Positions 55,565 through 64,000 of a DNA stretch of 64,000 nucleotides are shown here, in pieces. This DNA is from Xanthobacteraceae bacterium (GTDB lineage: Bacteria > Pseudomonadota > Alphaproteobacteria > Rhizobiales > Xanthobacteraceae). Position numbers and translations under genes: made by a program. The stretch is from assembly GCA_050011955.1 (NCBI GenBank), contig JBEKIC010000003.1, positions 29,835-93,834 of the forward strand, read 5' to 3'. The notes beneath the pieces are model-generated. The model was not told where the DNA came from and made no database searches. It saw only the letters and a program-made list of their open reading frames with translations. Position 1 is the first letter of the stretch. Every line of letters starts with the position of its first letter.

Positions 55565-57832
55565 GTGGCGACTTCGGCGCGACCGCGAATCGCCGAGGAG
55601 GACAACCGGTCGCGGTGGGACCGCGCGCGCCTGCGCCTGGTCCTGGCGATCGGCGTGACCGCCGTGGTGGCGATTCTTTGCCTCGTCGCCGCGGTATTGA
55701 TGTCTGCCCGGCGTGCGGATGAAGCCTCGCTCGATCGCGAGCGGCAACTGATTGCGCAAGCGATCGCCGAGCGCGGCGCACTCATATTGCGCGAAGTCGA
55801 GAGCGTTGCCGCGACGCCAGGCGCCACGCAGGCCATCCGTGACGACGATCCACAATGGATCGAGCGCCGTATCGGAAAATGGCTGGAGGACTTCTTCGGC
55901 CATGACGTCGTGGTCGTGGTCGACGGCTCCGACCGGATCGAATATGCGCGTTCTCGGGCCTCCGGCGATGCCGGCGCGACCGAGCTGACGAAAGAGCTTG
56001 CGGCGAGTTTCCATGTTCTGCGTGGGCGGCTCAGCATGCCGCCCAGCGGCAGCGTGCGCCTCATCACCGCGCCGGATGCCGTAAAACCCGGCCGGTCTAC
56101 CGTCCTGATCCAGCGTTTGCAGAACGGACCGGCGATCGTCGCGGCGGTGGCGGTCGGCTCCGACGGCGATCTTGCTTTCGGCAACGCCACCGCGCCGATT
56201 GTCGCCTCCGTCAAATATATCGACGACGACATGCTGCGCGAGATCGGAACTCGGCTGCAGCTGCCCGGCCTGCATGCCATCGGCGAAACCGCGCCGGCCC
56301 TCGACAAGGAGGCCGCCACAATTGCCGACGCCCAAGACAGGGCGATTGCTCGCTTTGCCTGGCAGCCGGTGCGGCCCGGCGGCCAGATCGTGGGATACGT
56401 GCTGCCCTTCATTGCCGTCGCCGTTGCCGGTTTGGCCGTGCTCGTCGGCCTGATGCTGCGGCACATGCGGCGCACCGAGCGGGCGATCGCCGCTGGCGAG
56501 ACACAGCTGCGGCATCTTGCCCTGCACGATCCGGTCTGCGGGCTGCCCAACCGCATCTATTTCGGTGAACGACTCGAGACCGTGATCGACGAGGTCCATC
56601 GCGGCGGCCCGTCAGCGGCTGTATTCTACATCGACCTCGATCACTTCAAGGACGTCAACGATACGCTCGGCCACCATATCGGCGACGAGCTCATTCTCAA
56701 GGTCACGCAGCGCTTGAGCCGGGTGATGCGCGGCGACGATCTGGTTGCCCGGCTCGGCGGCGACGAGTTCGCCATCATCACCAGCTGCCCTTCCGATTCC
56801 TATTCGTTGCAGGCGACCGCCGGGCGCATCATCTCCGCCATCTGCGCGCCCTACGCGATCAAAGGACACAACATCATCATCGGCGCGTCGATCGGCATTG
56901 CCGTCATCGATCGCCGCGCCGGCGACGCCGGCGACATCCTGCGCTACGCCGACATGGCGCTCTACCGCGCCAAGAACGAGGGCCGCAACCGCGCCTGCAT
57001 CTACGACGCCGCGATGGATGCCGACCTGTCGCAGCGCAAGCTGCTGGAAGGCGATTTGCTGGAGGCGATCGAGAACGAGGGCCTGAAAGCCGCCTATCAG
57101 CCGATCGTCAATGCCAGCGGCGAAACCATGATCGCCGTCGAAGCGCTGGCGCGCTGGACCCATCCGCGCGCCGGGATCATTTCGCCGGCTGATTTCATTC
57201 CGGTCGCTGAGCACTCCGGCCTGATTATCCAGCTGGGCGAGTGGATGCTGCGCCGGGCGTGCCTTGACGGCAGGAATTGGCCGGGATTGACCGTGGCCGT
57301 CAATGTGTCGCCACTGCAATTCCGCCGCTCCGACTTCGTCGACGTTGTCGAGCGTATCCTCAAAGAGACCGATTTCGACGCCAACCGCCTCGAACTGGAG
57401 CTGACCGAGAGCACGCTGCTCGGCAATTTGGAAACGGCGGAGCAGTCGATGCTGCGCCTCAAAGCCATCGGGGTGCGCTTCGCGCTCGACGATTTCGGCA
57501 CCGGTTATTCGAGCCTGCTCTATTTGCGGCGTTTTCCGTTCGACAAGCTCAAGATCGACTCGAGCTTCGTACGCTCGATCGAGACGGCGCCCGACGCCGC
57601 GGCCATCGTCCACGCCATCGTCAGCCTCGGTCGCGGGCTGGGCATGAAAGTGACCGCTGAGGGCGTCGAGAATGCGGAGCAGCATTTGTTTCTGCGCGCC
57701 GCCGGCGTGCATTCGATGCAAGGCTACCGCTTCGGCAGGCCGGGCCCGGCCGCCGACATCGACGCGCGTTTGGCTTCTCCCGACGACTACCGTGTGGGCA
57801 GGCCGGAACAGGAAGTCGCGCTCGCCAGTTGA
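55565..57832 (+). CDS. sensor-domain GGDEF/EAL protein (diguanylate cyclase / phosphodiesterase)
   Basis: Two TM helices flank a periplasmic domain. Contains RLGGDEFAI, EALARW and DDFGTGYSSL. Confidence 0.85.
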   Translation: MATSARPRIAEEDNRSRWDRARLRLVLAIGVTAVVAILCLVAAVLMSARRADEASLDRERQLIAQAIAERGALILREVESVAATPGATQAIRDDDPQWIERRIGKWLEDFFGHDVVVVVDGSDRIEYARSRASGDAGATELTKELAASFHVLRGRLSMPPSGSVRLITAPDAVKPGRSTVLIQRLQNGPAIVAAVAVGSDGDLAFGNATAPIVASVKYIDDDMLREIGTRLQLPGLHAIGETAPALDKEAATIADAQDRAIARFAWQPVRPGGQIVGYVLPFIAVAVAGLAVLVGLMLRHMRRTERAIAAGETQLRHLALHDPVCGLPNRIYFGERLETVIDEVHRGGPSAAVFYIDLDHFKDVNDTLGHHIGDELILKVTQRLSRVMRGDDLVARLGGDEFAIITSCPSDSYSLQATAGRIISAICAPYAIKGHNIIIGASIGIAVIDRRAGDAGDILRYADMALYRAKNEGRNRACIYDAAMDADLSQRKLLEGDLLEAIENEGLKAAYQPIVNASGETMIAVEALARWTHPRAGIISPADFIPVAEHSGLIIQLGEWMLRRACLDGRNWPGLTVAVNVSPLQFRRSDFVDVVERILKETDFDANRLELELTESTLLGNLETAEQSMLRLKAIGVRFALDDFGTGYSSLLYLRRFPFDKLKIDSSFVRSIETAPDAAAIVHAIVSLGRGLGMKVTAEGVENAEQHLFLRAAGVHSMQGYRFGRPGPAADIDARLASPDDYRVGRPEQEVALAS

Positions 57833-57936
57833 GCCCGCCGTTACCCTCGAGAACGGCTTGCAAAGATGTCTAAGCTCTCCCCGCGGGCGGAGAGAAATGA
57901 TATTCCGTTCAGCCGCACCAAAACAGGGAGGCGCCG

Positions 57937-58683
57937 ATGGCTGCGCAGAAAATCGCATTGGTGACCGGAGCCGGCAGCGGGGTCGGCAAGGCCGCGGCGC
58001 TGGCGCTGTCGCGGGACGGGCACGCGGTCGTGCTCGCCGGACGGCGCGCGGATCGGCTTGAAGCGGTCGCCAAAGAGGCGAGCGGCACCACGCTGGTGGT
58101 ACCGACCGACGTCAAGGACCCGGCCTCGATCCGGGCCTTGTTCGCCAAGACCAAAGAAACCTTCGGCCGGCTCGATCTCTTGTTCAACAATGCCGGCGTC
58201 GGCATGCACAGCATGCCGATCGAAGAGGTGCCGCTGGAGCGTTGGCAGGCCGTCGTCGCTACCAATCTCACCGGACTGTTCCTGTGCACCCAGGAAGCGA
58301 TCAAAATCATGAAAGCGCAAAACCCGCGCGGCGGCCGCATCATCAACAATGGCTCGATCTCCGCGCACACGCCGCGTCCCGGTACGGTCGCCTACACGGC
58401 GACCAAACACGCCGTCACCGGGCTGACCAAGCAGACCGCGCTCGATTGCCGCGACTACGACATCTGCTGCGGTCAGATCGACATCGGCAACGCCGCGACC
58501 GAAATGACCGAACGCATGGCCGAGGGCATGTTGCAGGCGGACGGCCGCACCATGCCGGAAGCGCGCATGAGCGCCGACAATGTCGGCCGTGCCGTGGCCT
58601 ACATCGCGAGCCTGCCGCTCGACGCCAACGTGCTGTTCATGACGGTGATGGCGAACAAGATGCCGTTCGTCGGCCGCGGTTGA
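57937..58683 (+). CDS. SDR-family oxidoreductase
   Basis: [21 protein letters not shown]. Confidence 0.85.
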   Translation: MAAQKIALVTGAGSGVGKAAALALSRDGHAVVLAGRRADRLEAVAKEASGTTLVVPTDVKDPASIRALFAKTKETFGRLDLLFNNAGVGMHSMPIEEVPLERWQAVVATNLTGLFLCTQEAIKIMKAQNPRGGRIINNGSISAHTPRPGTVAYTATKHAVTGLTKQTALDCRDYDICCGQIDIGNAATEMTERMAEGMLQADGRTMPEARMSADNVGRAVAYIASLPLDANVLFMTVMANKMPFVGRG

Positions 58684-58731
58684 CGGCCGCGCCGCCGGCG
58701 CGACGGCGCTGGGCGAAACGCCGTCTTGAAA

Positions 58732-59103
58732 CTAATCGACCGCGCTGACGACGACCTTGCTGCCGGCCTTGACCTTCGCCAGCGTCTTCACGTCGGAGAG
58801 CGCCTTCGCCCAGATGTTGCAGGGGCTGGCGAGCCGCGTCTCGTCGCCCTTCGAGATCGGCGTGCGGCCGAAGCCGATGGCGATCGCATGACCTTCCGGC
58901 CAGTAGGCGATTTCGCCTGGTTTCACGACCGCGCGGGCGTCTTTCTCGCGCGCGACCCTCGCTGGAATGTCGAAATAAACTTCCTCGCCCCATGTCAGCG
59001 CTGACCCATCGAACGGCAGCGCCGCGATGATGGCTTGCGCCGTGGGCGTGTCGAGAGTTTGGGCGTCGAGCGTGACCGAGCCGAAGTCGAAGCGAATACG
59101 CAT
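58732..59103 (-). CDS. cyclophilin-like fold protein
   Basis: [31 protein letters not shown]...[17 protein letters not shown]. Confidence 0.6.
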   Translation of the reverse strand: MRIRFDFGSVTLDAQTLDTPTAQAIIAALPFDGSALTWGEEVYFDIPARVAREKDARAVVKPGEIAYWPEGHAIAIGFGRTPISKGDETRLASPCNIWAKALSDVKTLAKVKAGSKVVVSAVD

Positions 59104-59198
59104 GGCGCTAAGCAGAGGACGGATGACGGACCACAAAAGACAGATACATCAGCGAGCGGCGCCGTCTCTCATCCGTCGTCTGCCATCCGTCTTCCGGC

Positions 59199-59486
59199 TC
59201 AGTGTAGCCGAAACTCGCCGTCGACTGCGCGGATCTCGGCCGGCTTGATCAAACGCGCATGCGCGACGGTGACCGAGTGCAGCGGGCCCTCGAGCTTTTC
59301 CAGCCAGAAATTGAGGAATTTGTTCAACTCGGGAAACCTCGGGCAAAGATCGTAGTCCTGCCAGACGTAGGTCTGTAACAGCCACGGATGATCCGGCCGC
59401 CGGTAGAGGATATTGGCCGTGGTCAATCCGTAGCCTTCGAGCTGCCGGCGAAAGTCTTGCGAAACCCAAGTCTCTTTCGAACCCAT
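59199..59486 (-). CDS. usg: Usg-family protein
   Basis: QLEGYGLTTANILYRRPDHPWLLQTYVWQDYDLCPRFPELNKFLNFW. Confidence 0.75.
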   Translation of the reverse strand: MGSKETWVSQDFRRQLEGYGLTTANILYRRPDHPWLLQTYVWQDYDLCPRFPELNKFLNFWLEKLEGPLHSVTVAHARLIKPAEIRAVDGEFRLH

Positions 59487-59729
59487 AGTACCCTCCGTCC
59501 CAACACGGGGATTGTTTCGAGACTCGCTCCTCCATTGCAAGCCTCAAAAATGAAGAAGCTGTTTACTTTCAAGGCACTAGCAGCATTCTTGCGTCCGTGC
59601 TAACAGCCCGACTGCAACTAGCTTCCGTGGATTCAACGGAACTTTATGGGAAGGGTTTCCTCGGTGCCGGCCGGAATATTTTCGGCGCCCTGTAGGAACC
59701 GCCGCACCGCAGGGCGAGCCCCGAGGCTG

Positions 59730-59756
59730 TTGGCAATCTCCCCGAATGAGTGCTAA
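59730..59756 (+). promoter_or_regulatory. CIRCE-like HrcA operator upstream of groES
   Basis: TTGGCAATC-N9-GAGTGCTAA compared with the consensus TTAGCACTC-N9-GAGTGCTAA (2 mismatches in the left arm), 130 bp before groES. Confidence 0.65.
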
Positions 59757-59886
59757 AAAAATTCCAGCGACCTCTTGCGAGCCATAATTGGCGCCCTATG
59801 TGGCGCCCAGGCGGTCGGCCGAGGGGACTTAAGGAGACCGCTCGATCAAACAAAGTACAGTCCAGTCAATTGCTTAGGAGGACACC

Positions 59887-60201
59887 ATGAAGTTTCGTCC
59901 GCTTCACGACCGCGTCGTCGTCAAGCGCATCGATGCCGAGGAGAAGTCAGCCGGCGGCATCATCATTCCGGACACCGCCAAGGAAAAGCCCTCGCAGGGC
60001 GAGGTCATGGCCGTGGGCCCCGGTGGCCGTGACGAGGCCGGCAAGCTCATCCCCATCGATATCAAGGTCGGCGACCGCGTCCTGTTCGGCAAGTGGTCGG
60101 GCACCGAGGTCAAGATCGACGGCCAGGAGCTCCTGATCATGAAGGAGTCCGACATCATGGGCGTGCTTGACGAGCCGGCGGCCAAGAAGAAGGCCGCGTA
60201 A
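59887..60201 (+). CDS. groES: co-chaperonin GroES
   Basis: [40 protein letters not shown]. Confidence 0.95.
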   Translation: MKFRPLHDRVVVKRIDAEEKSAGGIIIPDTAKEKPSQGEVMAVGPGGRDEAGKLIPIDIKVGDRVLFGKWSGTEVKIDGQELLIMKESDIMGVLDEPAAKKKAA

Positions 60202-60288
60202 TTCCACTTGTTCGTCGTGGCCGGGCTCGACCCGGCCATCCATGAGCCGGGCAGGCAGCATGGATCACCGGGTCAAGCCCGGTGATGA

Positions 60289-61959
<1,671 letters not shown>

Positions 61960-62068
61960 AAAATCCAGCTAAGCCGCCACACAATTAAAGTCATCGAAGT
62001 CGGCAACAGCCGATTTCGATTGCGGTGGAATGGATTTCCAAGTCCAGACGTCAGGCGACGTGAAATGC

Positions 62069-62106
62069 GAAGGCCCGGGACAAAATCCCGGGCCTTCGTG
62101 TTTACG
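62069..62106 (+). terminator. intrinsic terminator after groEL
   Basis: gaaggcccggga-caaaa-tcccgggccttc followed by gtgttt. Confidence 0.7.
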
Positions 62107-62241
62107 GGGGTGTCTGGGATTAAGACGTGATTGGACAAGAACGACCACGAATGAAACGGTGCGCGTTCATCCGGCGTCACCGGCTCATCGTGGCCGCTGG
62201 CGACGGCGTGGAACTCAACCGCCGCCGGTTGCCGTGGCACT

Positions 62242-63078
62242 ATGGCGCAAGCGCGTGACGGCGATATGACGGCCCTATCCGGTCAAATCCGCGTCGGCAT
62301 CGGCGGCTGGAATTATGCGCCGTGGCGCCGCGTTTTCTATCCGCATGGTCTGGCGCAAGCCAAAGAGCTCGCCTACGCGGCGAGCCGCCTCACATCGATC
62401 GAGATCAACTCGACCTTCTACGGCTCGCAGAAACCAGCAAGCTTCCGCAAATGGGCCGCCGCCGTGCCCGAGGGTTTTGTGTTTTCGGTCAAGGGACCGC
62501 GCTTCGCCACCAACCGGCGCGTCCTTGGTGAGGCCGGCGATTCCATCAAGCGCTTTCTGGATTCCGGAGTTTTCGAGCTCGGCGAGCGGCTCGGGCCGCT
62601 GCTTTGGCAGTTCGCGCCGACGAAGAAATTCGACGCCGCCGACTTCGGCAAATTCCTCGAACTGTTGCCGCCGCAGGCCGCGGGCAAGCGGCTGCGGCAT
62701 GTCGTCGAAGTACGGCACGACAGCTTCCGCACGCCGCAATTCATTGCGCTGTTGCGCGCGTTCGCTACGCCGGTCGTCTTCACCGATCACGCCACGTATC
62801 CCAACATCGCCGACGTCACCGCCGATTTCGTTTATGCGCGTTTGCAGAAAGGCCGGGACACGATCCCGGCGGCCTACCCGTTGCAAGACCTCGACGCCTG
62901 GGCCGGCCGGTTGCGGTTGTGGGCGCAAGGCGAAGAGCCGAACGATCTGCGGCGTGTCGATCAGCCGCCCGCGCCGCAGAAAATCGCGCCGCGCGACGTC
63001 TTTGCCTATGTCATCCACGAGGGCAAAATTCGTGCCCCGGCAGCGGCCATGGCGTTGATCGAGCGATTGAAGGCGTAA
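62242..63078 (+). CDS. DUF72 domain protein
   Basis: IRVGIGGWNYAPWRRVFYP...SIEINSTFYGSQKPASFRKWAAAVPEGFVFSVKG. Confidence 0.8.
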   Translation: MAQARDGDMTALSGQIRVGIGGWNYAPWRRVFYPHGLAQAKELAYAASRLTSIEINSTFYGSQKPASFRKWAAAVPEGFVFSVKGPRFATNRRVLGEAGDSIKRFLDSGVFELGERLGPLLWQFAPTKKFDAADFGKFLELLPPQAAGKRLRHVVEVRHDSFRTPQFIALLRAFATPVVFTDHATYPNIADVTADFVYARLQKGRDTIPAAYPLQDLDAWAGRLRLWAQGEEPNDLRRVDQPPAPQKIAPRDVFAYVIHEGKIRAPAAAMALIERLKA

Positions 63079-63166
63079 GTGGCTTTCTTAATGGCGCATG
63101 ATCTTTTCGGAAAACCGGCTTCCACCCTCGGATCAAGTCCGAAGGCAGGCTTTTTCCGGATCATGC

Positions 63167-63544
63167 TCAGAGCGCGTTGTTGGTCGCGCGTAGCCGCCGC
63201 GCCAGCGCGCGCATCACGTTGAGCGCAAAGTAGGGCGTCCGGCTGACCAGGAACAAAAACTGCTTCTCGCCGACGGGTACGAGTTTGACGTCGGTCGTCG
63301 CGATCGCGGTCGCGCTACGCGGCGCGCCATCGATCAGCGCCATCTCGCCGAAAATGCTGCGTTCCGGCAAGGTATCGAGCAAGCGGTTGCCGAGACGGAT
63401 TTCGACGGTTCCGCTTTGGATGACGTAGAGCTCCTCGGCCTTGTCGCCCTGCCGGAAGATGACATCGTCGGCGTTGTAGGCGCGGACCGAGGCGCCAGCG
63501 CCGGTCAGCAGGCCGAAATCAATGGCCGTATCCGCCATAGCCAT
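63167..63544 (-). CDS. cyclic-nucleotide-binding domain protein
   Basis: FRQGDKAEELYVIQSGTVEI...IFGEMALIDGAPRSATA. Confidence 0.8.
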   Translation of the reverse strand: MAMADTAIDFGLLTGAGASVRAYNADDVIFRQGDKAEELYVIQSGTVEIRLGNRLLDTLPERSIFGEMALIDGAPRSATAIATTDVKLVPVGEKQFLFLVSRTPYFALNVMRALARRLRATNNAL

Positions 63545-63949
63545 AGCGCGTCCCCTGCTCGTTCGCTCGATGATTCAATCACATGACGGCGAACTATTAC
63601 AGCCTTATGATAACGGCTCGGCGGGGTTTCGGCGTCGGGGGACAAGCGCGGGGGCCCCGCTAAAAATGCTAACGGCCACGAACGAGGAGGTGCGCGTACA
63701 TCCGGCGTCACCCGTCGTATTCGTGGCCGTCCCACGACGGAGCCTGCAAAGGCGTCAACGCCGCTGTCAAGACACATAGGTGCCGTTTCGCTATTATGCA
63801 AGGCGCCGTATTGATGTAAGAGTCCTGCTTTGAAGCGATGAGGGAACTTCCTGACCGGTTCGACGCTTCATGCCGACGTTCCTGGGTTTCTTCACCGTTT
63901 AAGCAGTCGCCGAGGAACCTCAACGACCGGTGACCATTTCAGGGAGGCA

Positions 63950-64000
63950 ATGATGACAATAGACCAACAGAATGCCGAGCGGATGGGAAGCGCGCTCGCC
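63950..64000 (+). CDS. 5' end of an unidentified gene (runs off the window)
   Basis: SD GGGAGG then ATGATGACAATAGAC.... Only 17 codons are visible. Confidence 0.35.
   Translation, partial: MMTIDQQNAERMGSALA

Noticed and set aside
50059-57958. Other long shadow ORFs (50059-50976 +, 51083-51991 -, 52336-53586 -, 53612-54556 -, 55493-56599 -, 56612-57958 -).
   Set aside because: Each overlaps a gene with clear family signatures (M50 protease, ATP-grasp, alpha-E, transglutaminase, GGDEF-EAL). Their translations are low-complexity.
59572-59602. A second CIRCE-like site (..ctagcagca-N9-ccgtgctaa) further upstream of groES.
   Set aside because: Only about 5/9 and 7/9 matches to the half-sites. 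The element at 59730-59756 is much better.

Overview
The window looks like alphaproteobacterial (Hyphomicrobiales-like) chromosome, high GC, interrupted by a mosaic integrated element of about 28.7 kb (about 2335-31061).

Right flank (31.1-64 kb) is ordinary core genome:
- gpt and a cinA-like gene
- a fatty-acid beta-oxidation cluster with pta-ackA
- a complete N-ATPase-type operon (atpDCQRBEFAG order) whose atpD carries a frameshift
- an M50 protease
- the Anbu proteasome-like four-gene operon
- a GGDEF-EAL protein and two SDRs
- usg, groESL with a CIRCE-like operator, DUF72 and a cNMP-binding protein

Left edge: the 3' part of ctrA, followed by small and partly frameshifted genes.

The island:
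- It is inserted in the anticodon loop of a resident tRNA-Leu(UAA). The 5' half is at 31062-31099 and the 3' half at 2277-2334, bounded by a 10-bp direct repeat. Neither junction restores a tRNA.
- Next to its tyrosine integrase it carries a second, complete tRNA-Leu(UAA), interrupted at U34/A35 by a 204-nt group I (IC3, Azoarcus-like) intron.
- Cargo: a methyltransferase-Mrr fusion, a plasmid-like rep module with two kinds of iterons, two TraD/VirD4-like ATPases plus a Replic_Relax protein, two RelE/ParE TA pairs, a FixJ-type regulator, a tail-fibre-like secreted-protein operon, an avidin homologue, a RecB-like nuclease, and a 3-kb region of small cassettes separated by a strand-asymmetric ~70-bp direct repeat with sRNA-like terminator modules.

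All calls come from reading the sequence and ORF translations. No database search was run.
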